Numbered from the stretch's first letter, positions 8,815-19,497 are shown. The stretch is 60,923 nt of DNA from a bacterium (GCA_044868695.1 JBIOWP010000072.1:1-60923); one strand, 5' to 3'. The notes: generated from the sequence alone by a model not told the origin. Made by a program: numbers and translations.

Positions 8815-9814
8815 AGCGGACGCGCGGGTCCAGGCGGGCGTACAGCAGGTCGATCACGAGGTTGATAGTCGTGTAGATCACCGCCGTCACCAGCGCCACG
8901 CCCATCACGGCCGGGAAGTCCAGGCTGATCGCCGACGTTGTGGCGTACCGTCCCAGCCCGGGCCAGGCGAAGATCGTTTCGGTGAGCACCGCACCGGACA
9001 GCAGGTTGCCGAAGGAGAGGCCGACCACCGTGACCGTCGGGATCAGCGCGTTCCGCATCGCATGGCGGAGGATGACACGCGCACGCGCCAGCCCTTTCGC
9101 CCGCGCGGTCCGGATGAAATCCTGATACAGCACCTCCAGCATCGCCGAGCGGGTCATCCGCGCGATCACCGCCGTGGAAAAGAGCCCCAGGGTGAGCGCC
9201 GGCAGGACCAGGTGCTGCAGGGCGCTCAGGAAGGACGTCCCGTCGCCGGCCAGAGCCGCGTCCACGAGGAGCAGTCCTGTGCGTGCCGGCGGCGGGATCG
9301 CGGAGACATCCAGGCGGCCGGGTCCGGGCAGCCAGCGCAGCCGGTAATAGAAGGTTCCCAGCAACAGCAACCCCAGCCAAAAGACCGGCATGGACGCGCC
9401 CATCAGGGCGCCGATCCGGGACAGGTGGTCGAAGATCCGGTCTTTGTACACCGCGGAGAGGATGCCGGCGGGGATCCCCAGCAGCAGCGCGACCAGCCAC
9501 GCGGTGCCCCCGAGCTCGACGGTGGCCGGAAGAAACTCGCGCAGGTCGTCGGCGACGGGACGGCGGGTCCGGATGGATAAGCCGAGGTCTCCGTGTAGCA
9601 GACGGCGGATGTAGATCAGGTATTGAACGCCGACCGGCCGGTCCAGCCCATAGGCGCGCCGGTACGCCTGAATCTGGTCTTCACGGGCGTGCTCTCCGAG
9701 CGCGACCAGGACCGGATCGGCCGGCACTACGTGCGCAATGAAGAACGTCAGCACGGACACCCCCAGGAGCACGAGCCCCACGGAGGCAATCCGCGTCAGG
9801 ACGTACCGGCTCAC
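8807..9814 (-). CDS. Peptide/nickel ABC transporter permease (DppB/OppB)
   Basis: GLDRP...QY, GDLGLS, PATVEL, TARAKGL, ETIFAWPGLG, LDPRVR. Confidence 0.93.
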   Translation of the reverse strand: MSRYVLTRIASVGLVLLGVSVLTFFIAHVVPADPVLVALGEHAREDQIQAYRRAYGLDRPVGVQYLIYIRRLLHGDLGLSIRTRRPVADDLREFLPATVELGGTAWLVALLLGIPAGILSAVYKDRIFDHLSRIGALMGASMPVFWLGLLLLGTFYYRLRWLPGPGRLDVSAIPPPARTGLLLVDAALAGDGTSFLSALQHLVLPALTLGLFSTAVIARMTRSAMLEVLYQDFIRTARAKGLARARVILRHAMRNALIPTVTVVGLSFGNLLSGAVLTETIFAWPGLGRYATTSAISLDFPAVMGVALVTAVIYTTINLVIDLLYARLDPRVRYE

Positions 9815-9817
9815 ATC

Positions 9818-11401
9818 CTATTTGCCCACGGTCCGGAACTCCGCAAACGCCATCGGGTTCCAGACGAACCCCGTCACATTCTTGCGCATCCCAAAGCGCG
9901 TCGTGGGCTGATAGAGAATCACGTACGGCCCTTCGTGCAGCACCTTGTCGGTCAACTGCTTGTACAGGGCGCGCCGCTTAGTCAGGTCCGGTTCCAGCGC
10001 GGCCTGCTTGGCCAGCCTGGCCGCCGCCGGGTCGTCGTACTGGTTGCGCCAGGCGATGGACTTGGCCCCGTAATCCGTGAACGGCGTCACATTCCCGTCC
10101 GGGTCGGGAAAATCCGGGCCCCACAAGATCAGCACGAGCTGGCCCTTCTGCGCGCGGTAGACGTTGAGGAGCTGTGCCTGAGCCGTCTCTTTGAGCACCA
10201 CGGTGATGCCGGCCTTGGCCAGGTCGCTCTGCATCTTCGCGGCGATGTCGGCCCACTTCACTCCGCCCGGTGCCGGGCCGGTCGGCACGAGCATCTCTAT
10301 GGAGAAGCCCGCGCTGAGCCCGGCTTCCGCCAGCAGGGCTTTGGCCCTCGCGACGTTGTGCTGGAACGGGGCGGCGGGGTTGAACCCAAAGAGCCCGTCC
10401 GGAATGACCGTCTGCACCTTCCGGGCCTCGCCGCGCAGCAGGCTGCGGATGATCCCATCGTAGTCGACGCTCCAGCGGATGGCCTCGCGGACCTTCACGT
10501 TGTCCAGCGGCGGGTGTTTGGCGTTCATCCCGACGTAGACGAGCTGCAGGAGTTTGCCCTTCTCCACTTTCACGTTGGGTTTGCCTGCCAGATCCCGCGC
10601 CTGCTCGGGCGTGAGCTTGGCCGCGATGTCTGCGTCGCCCGACTCCAGCATGAATTTCTGCGTGCTGCTCTCGGGCACGTGCTGGATCACGACGCGGGAG
10701 AGCTTCGGCTTGGCGCCCCAGAAGTTGGGGTTCGCGGCGAGCACCGCCCGGGACTCCGGGTCCCACCGTTCGACCGTGTACGGCCCCGTGCCCGCGGAGT
10801 GGTTGCGCAGCCACGCCTCGCCGCGGTCGCCGCCGGTCTGGTGGGCCATCGCCTCGTCGGGGTCCACGATCCCGCCCACGGTAAACGTCAGGACGGACAG
10901 GAACGCCTGCGGGCTGTTGGCCTTGGGCAGGCTCACGACCACGGTGTCATCGCCCACCGCGTTCGTGTCCCCTTCGTTGAGGCCGGCGATATCTTTGAAG
11001 AGGAAGGCGGGCGACTTGTTGAGCGCAATGACACGGTCGATCGAGAACGCCACTGCCTTCGCGGTCAGAGGGCGGCCGGTGCTGAACTTCACGCCCGGCC
11101 GGAGCTTGAACGTGACCTTCCACGTGCTGCCGCCATCGGTGATCGTCCACGACTGCGCCAGCCTGGGTTTCAGGGTGGTGAGATCTTCGCCCTCGAACGC
11201 CACGAGGGTGTCGTAGACGTTTTGGGCCACCAGCACCCCGCTGAATTCGTACGCCACCGCGGGATCCAGAGAAATCATGTCGCTGATGTCATCCACGTAC
11301 ACCAGCGTGTTGGACGCCGTTGCCGCGCGGGACGATGTCCAGGGAGCGAGCAGCGCCCCCACCAGCATCACGACCACCACCAGCCTCGTGCGCACAGACA
11401 T
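9818..11401 (-). CDS. ABC transporter substrate-binding protein, family 5 (DppA/OppA-like)
   Basis: Signal peptide, SLDPA, YDTLV, LAQSW, FKLRPGVKF, GTGPY, WGPDFPDPD. Confidence 0.92.
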   Translation of the reverse strand: MSVRTRLVVVVMLVGALLAPWTSSRAATASNTLVYVDDISDMISLDPAVAYEFSGVLVAQNVYDTLVAFEGEDLTTLKPRLAQSWTITDGGSTWKVTFKLRPGVKFSTGRPLTAKAVAFSIDRVIALNKSPAFLFKDIAGLNEGDTNAVGDDTVVVSLPKANSPQAFLSVLTFTVGGIVDPDEAMAHQTGGDRGEAWLRNHSAGTGPYTVERWDPESRAVLAANPNFWGAKPKLSRVVIQHVPESSTQKFMLESGDADIAAKLTPEQARDLAGKPNVKVEKGKLLQLVYVGMNAKHPPLDNVKVREAIRWSVDYDGIIRSLLRGEARKVQTVIPDGLFGFNPAAPFQHNVARAKALLAEAGLSAGFSIEMLVPTGPAPGGVKWADIAAKMQSDLAKAGITVVLKETAQAQLLNVYRAQKGQLVLILWGPDFPDPDGNVTPFTDYGAKSIAWRNQYDDPAAARLAKQAALEPDLTKRRALYKQLTDKVLHEGPYVILYQPTTRFGMRKNVTGFVWNPMAFAEFRTVGK

Positions 11402-11460
11402 TCCTCCTCTCGGCCTTGCGCTACTCTTCTGACGCTGCCATGCGTTTCCTGCGGAGCGCG

Positions 11461-12339
11461 CTACCGCGGCCGGCGCAGCCGGGGATCGAGCACGTCTCGG
11501 ATACCGTCACCCAGCAGATTGAACCCCAGGACGACCAGGGAAATCGCGATGCCCGGAAAGGTCGAGACCCACCACTGGTCCGGAATGTAGTTCCGGCCTT
11601 CGGAGATCATCAACCCCCACTCCGGCGTCGGCGGTTGCGCGCCGAATCCGATGAAGCTGAGACCCGCCGAGGTGAGGATGATCCCGCCCATGTCCAGGCT
11701 CACCTGGATGATCATGGGGCTGATGACACCAGGGAGGACATGCCGGCGCAGAATCCGCTGCGGGTGTGCCCCCAGCGCCCGTGCCGCTTCGATATACACT
11801 TCCTCGCGGATGCTCATCGTGACGCCGCGGGCCAGCCGGGCGTACGCGGGCCAGGACGCCAGAGAGATCGCAATGACGACGTTCTCCAGAGTGGGCCGGA
11901 GCGCCGCCGCGATCGCCATCGCCAGGATCAGCCGCGGGAACGCCATGAACATGTCGGTCAGCCGCATCAACAGGTCGTCCGTGCGCCCGCGGAAGTAGCC
12001 CGACACGACCCCCATCGGCGCTCCGATCGCCGTCGCGATGACCGCCGTGAGGATCGCGATGCGGAGCGAGATCCGCGTCCCATAGAGAATACGGCTCATG
12101 ATGTCCCGGCCCAGCTGGTCGGTGCCGAACCAATGGGGCGCGTGGGGCGGCCGCAGCCGCTGCACGGTCTCCGTCTTCAGCGGATCAAACGGGGCAATGA
12201 GCGGCGCCATCCACGCCAGCAGGATGAGCAGGGTGATCAGGACCGCCCCGGCCAGGGACAATGGGTTGCGCAGGGTGCGGCCGGCCAGCGTCGCCTGGCG
12301 GGGTGGGCGCGCCGGATACACCGCGGTGCCGTTACTCAT
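11461..12339 (-). CDS. Peptide/nickel ABC transporter permease (DppC/OppC)
   Basis: HWFGTDQLGRD, EAARALGA, PPTPEWG, FNLLGDGIRD. Confidence 0.93.
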   Translation of the reverse strand: MSNGTAVYPARPPRQATLAGRTLRNPLSLAGAVLITLLILLAWMAPLIAPFDPLKTETVQRLRPPHAPHWFGTDQLGRDIMSRILYGTRISLRIAILTAVIATAIGAPMGVVSGYFRGRTDDLLMRLTDMFMAFPRLILAMAIAAALRPTLENVVIAISLASWPAYARLARGVTMSIREEVYIEAARALGAHPQRILRRHVLPGVISPMIIQVSLDMGGIILTSAGLSFIGFGAQPPTPEWGLMISEGRNYIPDQWWVSTFPGIAISLVVLGFNLLGDGIRDVLDPRLRRPR

Positions 12340-13339
12340 ACCGGATCTTTGGATTCAAGAATGCGTACAGGATGTCCACCACCAGGTTGGCGAGCGAGAA
12401 GATGAGGGCGATCAGCAGCGTCACTCCCATGATCGCGCCGAAGTCCTGAGAGAGGATGGCGCTCGTCGCGTAGCGCCCTAACCCAGGCCACGCAAACACG
12501 GTCTCCGTGAGGACCGCGCCCTCCAGCAGGCCCCCATAGTAGATGCCGATCACGGTCACAATCGGCAGCAGGGCGTTCTTCAACGCGTGCCGCAGCACGA
12601 CCGTGCGTTCGGTGAGCCCTTTCGCGCGCGCCGCCTTAATGTACTCCTGGCCGAGCACCTCCAGCATGCTGGCCCGCGTGATGCGGGCGATGCCGACCAG
12701 CGTATGGGACCCCAGGACGAACGCGGGCATGATGAGATGGCTCAGCGCGTTTCGCAGCGCGACAAAATCCCGCGCCAGCAGGCTGTCGATGAGCACCAGC
12801 CCGGTCACCCGGGGCGACGGCGCGATCAGAATGTCGAGCTGCCCCGGCCCCGGCAGGAGGCCCGCCCACAAGTAGAACACCAGCAGCGCGATCAACCCCA
12901 GCCAGAAAACCGGCATCGACAGCCCGATCAACGACAGGAACCGGACGAGGTGATCCACCCATCGGCCGTGGGCCACCGCCGACACGATCCCGACGGTCAG
13001 CCCGAGGAGCGCGCCGATGGTGATCGCGGCCGTCGCCAGTTCGACCGTCGCCGGGAAGAACTCCCGCAGGTCCTGCAGCACCGGCCGCTGGGTGGCAATC
13101 GACCGTCCGAGGTCCCCCCGGAGCAGGCGCCCGACGTAGTGGACAAACTGCTCGGGCAGGGGCCGGTCCAGCCCCCACCGCCGCCGGAGATCCTCGATGA
13201 CGTCGTCCGGCGCCTGCCGGCCGAGGATCGCGGCGATGGGGTCGCCGGGGATCACGTGAGAGAGGAAAAACGTGATCACCAGGACGCCGAAGATCGCGAC
13301 CGATGACAGCACGAGGCGGCGGACAAGGTAGGTCCACAT
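12332..13339 (-). CDS. Peptide/nickel ABC transporter permease (DppB/OppB)
   Basis: PGDP, GLDRPL, GDLGRS, AARAKGL, ETVFAWPGLG. Confidence 0.93.
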   Translation of the reverse strand: MWTYLVRRLVLSSVAIFGVLVITFFLSHVIPGDPIAAILGRQAPDDVIEDLRRRWGLDRPLPEQFVHYVGRLLRGDLGRSIATQRPVLQDLREFFPATVELATAAITIGALLGLTVGIVSAVAHGRWVDHLVRFLSLIGLSMPVFWLGLIALLVFYLWAGLLPGPGQLDILIAPSPRVTGLVLIDSLLARDFVALRNALSHLIMPAFVLGSHTLVGIARITRASMLEVLGQEYIKAARAKGLTERTVVLRHALKNALLPIVTVIGIYYGGLLEGAVLTETVFAWPGLGRYATSAILSQDFGAIMGVTLLIALIFSLANLVVDILYAFLNPKIRYE

Positions 13340-13345
13340 AGCGTC

Positions 13346-13373
13346 TGAGGGGCGGGCCGAAGCCCGCCCCTCA
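13346..13373 (-). other. Intercistronic hairpin with cUUCGg loop between SBP and permease (mRNA stabiliser or partial terminator)
   Basis: 12-bp stem TGAGGGGCGGGC-TTCG-GCCCGCCCCTCA. Confidence 0.55.
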
Positions 13374-13395
13374 TCTCGTCACCGGCCGCGCGAAA

Positions 13396-14958
13396 CTACT
13401 CCTTCCACGCGAGGAACAGATCGGAGAATCCAAACAGGGTGGACGGGCCGAAGTTCTTCACGTTCGCGTACGCGGCCAGCTGCTCGAGCGGGAACCCGAT
13501 CACCACGAACGGGCCTTCCTCCAGGACGACCTTCTGAATATCCTTGTACAGCGCCTCCCGCTTGGCCTGATCCAGTTCGCTGACCGCCTGTTCCACCACG
13601 CGCTTGACGGGATGGTCCCATTGATTGCGCCACGCCAGCTGGCGCGCGTCGAAGTTCGCGAACGCGCGCACCATGTTGTCCGGGTCCGGATAGTCCGCGC
13701 CCCAGCGCTGGATCACGAGCTGGTGACGTTGCGCGCGATACACACCGAGGAGATCGGCGTTCCGCAGGACCCGCACGTCCACCTCGATCCCGATCTGTGC
13801 CAGGTCTTCCTTGATTTTAGCCGCGACGTCCGGCAGGATCGGGTCGACCGGGACCAGGAGTTCGGCCTTGAAGCCGCGCTCGTAGCCGGCCTCGCGCAGG
13901 AGGGTCCGCGCCCGGTTCAGATCCTTACGGTAGGGCCGGTCCGCGAGTGCGCCGAACATGCCCGTCGGCACCACGGCCTGGCCGATATCAATGGCGTCCT
14001 CATACAGCCGCCGCACGGCGTCGTAATCCATCGCATACTTCAGCGCCGTGCGTACGTCTTTCTTTGAGAACGGTTCATATCCGACGTTCATGGCCAGATA
14101 GCGTACCTGGAACGACGCGCGCTCCCGGACGTCCACGCCGGGTTGCCCTTTCAGCTGTTTGTACTGCGCCGGCAGGAGATTGTCCGCCACGTCCAGGTCG
14201 CCGCGCTGGAACGCGACCATCTGGGCGGCGGCTTCGGGCATTTCCTGAACAAACACACGGCGGATCCGCGCCTGACCTTTCCAGTACCCGTCGAACGCCT
14301 GCATCTCGATCTTGAGGTTGCGGCTCCACCCGATGAGTTTGTACACGCCGGACCCGGCATCGTTGTTGCTCAGCCACTCGTTGGCATAGGGATCGGACGC
14401 CGTCGCATTTTTCTGCACGAGCGCCGGGTCCACCACGGCCGCGACCATGTTCCCCAGCACCGATCCCATCAAGACCTCCGGCATCGGCTGTTTGAAGGTC
14501 ACCCGGACGGTGCGCGCGTCGACCGCGGCCATGTCCTCAGCCCTGGCAATGAAGCTGGAGAGGATGAAGCTCGGCGTCATCTTGGCATTGAACGCACGGC
14601 GCAGAGAGAACTCCACGGCCCGGGCGTCCACGCTGTTCCCGCTGTGGAATCTTACGCCCTGACGCAGCCGAAAGGTGTAGGTCCGGCCGCCGTCGGACGC
14701 CGTCCAGGATTCGGCGAGCTCGGGCACGATCCGCGAGAAGCTGGGGTCGAACCCGACGAGAGTGTCATAGAGCTGTTCCGCCGCCCACACGGAGGTAAAC
14801 TCAAAGGCCTGATGCGGGTCGAGGCTCACCGCATCGTTGATGATGCTGGCGATCACGAGGACGGAGTTCGGGATGCGCGACGCGGCCAGTCCCACGCCGA
14901 CGAGCGCCACCCCCAGGACCAGCACCAACCATCCCACCACCAGGATCCTCCAACGCAT
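13396..14958 (-). CDS. ABC transporter substrate-binding protein, family 5 (DppA/OppA-like)
   Basis: SD GGAGG, signal peptide MRWRILVVG..., SLDPH, YDTLV, LAESW, FRLRQGVRFHSG, WGADYPDPD. Confidence 0.92.
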   Translation of the reverse strand: MRWRILVVGWLVLVLGVALVGVGLAASRIPNSVLVIASIINDAVSLDPHQAFEFTSVWAAEQLYDTLVGFDPSFSRIVPELAESWTASDGGRTYTFRLRQGVRFHSGNSVDARAVEFSLRRAFNAKMTPSFILSSFIARAEDMAAVDARTVRVTFKQPMPEVLMGSVLGNMVAAVVDPALVQKNATASDPYANEWLSNNDAGSGVYKLIGWSRNLKIEMQAFDGYWKGQARIRRVFVQEMPEAAAQMVAFQRGDLDVADNLLPAQYKQLKGQPGVDVRERASFQVRYLAMNVGYEPFSKKDVRTALKYAMDYDAVRRLYEDAIDIGQAVVPTGMFGALADRPYRKDLNRARTLLREAGYERGFKAELLVPVDPILPDVAAKIKEDLAQIGIEVDVRVLRNADLLGVYRAQRHQLVIQRWGADYPDPDNMVRAFANFDARQLAWRNQWDHPVKRVVEQAVSELDQAKREALYKDIQKVVLEEGPFVVIGFPLEQLAAYANVKNFGPSTLFGFSDLFLAWKE

Positions 14959-15074
14959 GGACGGGCCTCCTCCCAGAGTGACTCGGGTACCGGTAGAGGT
15001 TTCACGCCGACAGCGCAAAGCCCTCCCCCGCGACCCAACCCTGTAGTATCGTGGTAGCGGCATCTGACGCTCCC

Positions 15075-15998
15075 ATGGCGCACATCCAGCGGATCGCAGA
15101 CGACATCGTCCTGATCGATGTCCACTACAACCGCACGGCGCAGGTGATCGGCTGCTACCTGCTGCTGGGCGACGTACCCGCGCTGGTCGAGACCGGCCCG
15201 GCGTCCACCGTCGAGACGCTGATGGACGGGGTCCGCCAGGCCGGGCTCGATCCGGCCGCCCTGCGGGCGGTGGCCGTCACCCACATCCACCTCGACCACG
15301 CCGGAGGCGCCGGCGCGCTCGTGCGCCGCTTCCCGCACCTGGACGTCTACGTGCATCCGGTCGGCGCCCCCCACCTCATCGATCCCTCGCGGCTGCTGGC
15401 CAGTGCCGGCCGGCTCTACGGCGACGAGCTCGACCGGTTGTTCGGTGGGGTAGTCCCAGTCCCCGAAGAGCGGGTGAAGGTGCTCAGTGACGGGGAGGCG
15501 ATCGTGCTCGGATCGCGCCGTCTCTCGGCCTTGGACACGCCCGGGCATGCCAAACACCACTACGCCTACTGGGACGCGGCCGCGGCCGACCTGTTCACCG
15601 GCGACATGGCGGGCGTCGCGTTGCCGGGATCGCGGTACGTCCGGGCTCCGACCCCACCGCCCGAACTGGACATCGCGGCCTGGGAACGGACTCTGGCGAA
15701 AGTGCGCCGCCTGCGGCCACAGCGGCTGCTGCTGACCCACTTTGGCCCCCATACCTGGGTGGAGGACCTCCTGGCGCAGTTCGAAGAAAGTCTGTATGGC
15801 AACCTCGCGATGGTCCGCGACGCGCTGGCCGCCGGCGAGGACGACGACGCGATCACCACCCGGCTCCGTGCGGCGGCGCTGCGCGCCATCGAGGCGCGTG
15901 ACGGTCCGGGGGCCAGCGCACGTTACGAAGTCATCATGCCGATCCGGCAGAGCGCGCTGGGCTTGATCAGGTTTATCCGAAAAGCTGAGCAGGGGTGA
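15075..15998 (+). CDS. MBL-fold metallo-hydrolase
   Basis: THIHLDHAGG (HxHxDH), TPGHAKHH, FTGD, THFG. Confidence 0.9.
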   Translation: MAHIQRIADDIVLIDVHYNRTAQVIGCYLLLGDVPALVETGPASTVETLMDGVRQAGLDPAALRAVAVTHIHLDHAGGAGALVRRFPHLDVYVHPVGAPHLIDPSRLLASAGRLYGDELDRLFGGVVPVPEERVKVLSDGEAIVLGSRRLSALDTPGHAKHHYAYWDAAAADLFTGDMAGVALPGSRYVRAPTPPPELDIAAWERTLAKVRRLRPQRLLLTHFGPHTWVEDLLAQFEESLYGNLAMVRDALAAGEDDDAITTRLRAAALRAIEARDGPGASARYEVIMPIRQSALGLIRFIRKAEQG

Positions 15999-16010
15999 GG
16001 AGGGCGTCTC

Positions 16011-16802
16011 GTGCTACTCAAAGGTAGGCGGGCACTGATCATGGGGGTGGCCAACCAGCGCAGCATCGCCTGGGGCATTGCCGCCGCGTTCCACCGGGAA
16101 GGCGCCGAGCTGGCGTTTACATATCAGAGCGACCGTCTCAAAGAGAATCTGGACGAGCTGCTGGACACCATCGGCGGGGCCAAGGCGTTTCCGACGTTTC
16201 CGTGCGACGTGCAGTATGACGAGCACGTGCGCGCGGTCTTCGAGGGGCTCCGCGACCGCTGGGGCCGGCTGGATGCGGTCGCGCACTGCATCGCCTTCGC
16301 CAACCGCGACGACCTGACGCGGCCGTTCCACGAGATCTCGCGCGCCGGCTACGGCCTCGCGCTGGACATCAGCGCCTATTCGCTCATCGCGGTCGCGCGG
16401 CACGCCGCGCCGCTGATGACGGGGGACCGGGGGGGCAGCCTCTTTACCCTTACGTACAATGCCGTCGAGCGGGTGGTGCCCGGTTATAACGTGATGGCCG
16501 TGGCCAAGTCGGCGCTGGAGACGGAGGTCAGGTACCTGGCCTCCGAACTCGGCCCGGCCCAGATCCGTGTCAACGCCATCTCCGCCGGCCCGATCAAGAC
16601 GCTGGCCGGCAGCGCGGTGAAAGGGCTGACCAAATTGCGCGACCTGACCGAGCACACGGCCCCGCTGCGCAGGAACGTCACCCAGGAGGATGTCGGCGAC
16701 GTGGCCGTGTTTCTGGCCAGCGATCTCTCCCGCGCCGTCACGGGCAACACTCTCTTCGTTGACAGCGGCTTTCACTTGATGGGAATCGCGCAGGATCAGT
16801 AA
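16011..16802 (+). CDS. fabI: Enoyl-ACP reductase FabI
   Basis: GVANQRSIAWGIA, ISAYSL, YNVMAVAKSALE, VNAISAGPIKTLA. Confidence 0.95.
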   Translation: MLLKGRRALIMGVANQRSIAWGIAAAFHREGAELAFTYQSDRLKENLDELLDTIGGAKAFPTFPCDVQYDEHVRAVFEGLRDRWGRLDAVAHCIAFANRDDLTRPFHEISRAGYGLALDISAYSLIAVARHAAPLMTGDRGGSLFTLTYNAVERVVPGYNVMAVAKSALETEVRYLASELGPAQIRVNAISAGPIKTLAGSAVKGLTKLRDLTEHTAPLRRNVTQEDVGDVAVFLASDLSRAVTGNTLFVDSGFHLMGIAQDQ

Positions 16803-16879
16803 CCGCGGGGAGCGGCAGGACTTCCCCTGCGCCCTCCCCAAGTAGAGTGCTCATTCCGTCCGGCGAGAGGAGTCATCGC

Positions 16880-18610
16880 GTGCAGAACCTGATACAGGTG
16901 GACCCGCGCCGTGCGTTCCCGCGGCAATTCGTCCCCGAGGGCGCGAGCATGGGCGACTGGACCCAGATCGAGCCGCTGTTCCGCCTGCTCCAGGACCGGC
17001 CCATCAACTCCCTGGAGGAGATGGAGCAGTGGCTCCTCGACTGCTCGGAGCTGTCCGCGGCCATCGCCGAGGAGCGAACCAGGCGCTACATCGCGATGAC
17101 CACGCAGACCGACGACCCGGTCCGCGAGGCGGCGTACCAGGAGTTCATCGAGCACATCGATCCCAAGACCAAACCGTACTGGCACGCGCTGGAAGTCACC
17201 TATCTGAATCACCCGTACCGCCGCCAGCTCCCGATGAGCCGGTACGCCGTCATGGACCGCATCGTCGAGAACAACGTCGAGCTCTTCCGTGAGGACAACA
17301 TCCCGCTGGAAACGCAGGACGCCCTGTTGATGAAAGACTACCAGAAAGCCACCGGGGCGATGACGATCGAGTACCGGGGCAACGAACTGACCCTCCAGCA
17401 GGCGACCAAGTTCCTGGAGGAACCCGACCGCGCCGTCCGCCAAGCTGTGTGGGAACTCGTCACTACCCGCCGGCTGCGGGACAAAGAGGCGCTCGAGGAC
17501 CTCTACGACACGATGGTGGCGCTGCGGACGCGGATCGCCGCGAACGCGGGGTTCGACAACTACCGCGACTACGCGTTCAAGCGGCGCCGTCGCTTCGACT
17601 ACACACCCCAGGACTGCGTGCAGTTCCACACGGGCGTCGAACGCGCCGCGGTGCCGCTGGTGCGCACCATTCTGGAGACGCGCGCGCGGAAGCTCCGCGT
17701 GGACACGCTGCGTCCCTGGGACACGCTGGTCGACCCGAAACGCCGGCCGCCGCTGCGGCCGTTCACCTCAACGGACGAACTGGTGGCCGGGATCGAGGAG
17801 ATCTTCAGGCGGGTGGATCCGTCGCTGGGCGACCAGTTCCGTTTCATGTGGGAGGAGCAGCTTCTCGACCTGGACAGCCGGAAAGGAAAGGCGCCGGGCG
17901 GCTACCAGAGCACGCTGCACGAGAAACGCTGGCCGTTCATCTTCGGCAATGCCGTCGGGCGCGACGACGACATCCGGCTGATGCTGCACGAGGGGGGACA
18001 CGCCTTCCACACGATGGCCGCGCGCGAGCAGCCCCTCATCCACTACCGGACGACCCCGTACGAATTTGCCGAGGTGGCCTCGATGTCGATGGAACTGCTG
18101 GCCGCGCGGCACCTCGACGTCTTCTACAAGAAGCCCGAAGACTACCGGCGGTCGTACCGCGCGACGCTGGAGGACGCGGTCGTCATCCTTCCCTGGGTGG
18201 CGACGATCGACGCCTTTCAGCACTGGGTGTACACCCACCCCGCGCATACCCGCGAGGAGCGGCGGGCGACCTGGGTCGACATCTACCGCCGGTTCAGCCC
18301 GGTCCTGGACTGGCGCGGGTATGAGGAGCCACTGGCGTACGCCTGGCACCGCCAGCTGCATCTCTACCTCAGCCCCTTCTACTACATCGAGTACGGGATC
18401 GCGGAGACCGGCGCGCTGCAGATCTGGGTCCGCAGCCTGCGCAACCACCGTGAGGCCGTGGAACGGTACTGGCAGGCACTCTCGCTGGGAGGGTCCCGGC
18501 CGCTGCCCAGGCTGTTCGAGGCGGCCGGCGCGAGGTTCCAGTTCGACTACGAGACGCTGGCGCCGCTCATGGAGGCGGTCGCCGAGGAGCTGGCGCGCAT
18601 CGGAGACTGA
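16880..18610 (+). CDS. M3 family oligoendopeptidase (PepF-like)
   Basis: LDLDSRKGKAPGGY, HEGGH zinc motif, EFAEVASMSMEL, PFYYIEY; SD AGGAG before GTG 16880. Confidence 0.92.
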   Translation: MQNLIQVDPRRAFPRQFVPEGASMGDWTQIEPLFRLLQDRPINSLEEMEQWLLDCSELSAAIAEERTRRYIAMTTQTDDPVREAAYQEFIEHIDPKTKPYWHALEVTYLNHPYRRQLPMSRYAVMDRIVENNVELFREDNIPLETQDALLMKDYQKATGAMTIEYRGNELTLQQATKFLEEPDRAVRQAVWELVTTRRLRDKEALEDLYDTMVALRTRIAANAGFDNYRDYAFKRRRRFDYTPQDCVQFHTGVERAAVPLVRTILETRARKLRVDTLRPWDTLVDPKRRPPLRPFTSTDELVAGIEEIFRRVDPSLGDQFRFMWEEQLLDLDSRKGKAPGGYQSTLHEKRWPFIFGNAVGRDDDIRLMLHEGGHAFHTMAAREQPLIHYRTTPYEFAEVASMSMELLAARHLDVFYKKPEDYRRSYRATLEDAVVILPWVATIDAFQHWVYTHPAHTREERRATWVDIYRRFSPVLDWRGYEEPLAYAWHRQLHLYLSPFYYIEYGIAETGALQIWVRSLRNHREAVERYWQALSLGGSRPLPRLFEAAGARFQFDYETLAPLMEAVAEELARIGD

Positions 18611-18611
18611 G

Positions 18612-19484
18612 CTAGCCGCTCACGACGAGCAACACGCCCGCCACCGCCAGTGCCGCGCCGACCGCGGTGCCGGCGGTCACTCTTTCCACCTGGCGAAACA
18701 GATAGAGGAGGAGCACGGCGAACAGCGGTGTCGTGTTGCTCAGCGGCGTCACACGGACGACGTCGCCCAGGCTCAGGGCCAGGTAGTACGTGAGAAAGCC
18801 TCCCGTCGACAGCAGCCCTCCGGCCATCAGCCAGACGAGGCTGCTGCGCGCGGCCCGCAGCGGCTCACGCTTCCACCGAGCGGCGATGTACGGGACGAGG
18901 ACCATCAGGGATCCGGTCACGGTCAGGGCGGCGCCGAGGACGGGATCCGCCAGCATCCGCAGCCCGATCTTGCGCAGCATGAAGGACACGCTGGCCATCA
19001 CGGCGGTGTTGAGGGCCAGCAGCGCGCCGGTCGTCAGGCTGCGGGTTGCGCCGTCCGCCGCGGACGCACCCTCCCCCTGCCGGACCGCCACCACTACCCC
19101 GACGACGACCAGGACCGTCCCGGCGGCAATCCGCCAGCTCAGGGTTTCGCCCAAGACCGGCACCGCCAGGACGGCGGAGAAGATGGGCGTCGTGTTGCTA
19201 ATTGTGGCCGCGCGGGCCACGCCGATGAGATTGATGCTCTCGTAATACGTCAGCCGGGCCAGCGCCGGCGCGAACATGCCGGCGAGCAGGAAGACGAGCG
19301 AGGCCGGCGTGATCAGGTGGGCCAGGGAGCCGCGCCCGGCGGAGGCGATCCACAGCGCGCTCATGTTGGTGACGATCGAGATGATCGTAGCCGTCGCGGC
19401 CGTGGACCCGGACAGTCCGAGGCGGACGCACAGCGCGTTGCCGGCGAAGAAGGCGGCGGAGAGCAGGGCAAAGAGACTGCTCAC
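18612..19484 (-). CDS. EamA/DMT family transporter
   Basis: About 10 TM segments in two repeats (PIFSAVLAVPVLGE / PLFAVLLLYLFRQVE). Confidence 0.87.
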   Translation of the reverse strand: MSSLFALLSAAFFAGNALCVRLGLSGSTAATATIISIVTNMSALWIASAGRGSLAHLITPASLVFLLAGMFAPALARLTYYESINLIGVARAATISNTTPIFSAVLAVPVLGETLSWRIAAGTVLVVVGVVVAVRQGEGASAADGATRSLTTGALLALNTAVMASVSFMLRKIGLRMLADPVLGAALTVTGSLMVLVPYIAARWKREPLRAARSSLVWLMAGGLLSTGGFLTYYLALSLGDVVRVTPLSNTTPLFAVLLLYLFRQVERVTAGTAVGAALAVAGVLLVVSG

Positions 19485-19497
19485 TGCCGTCCCACTC

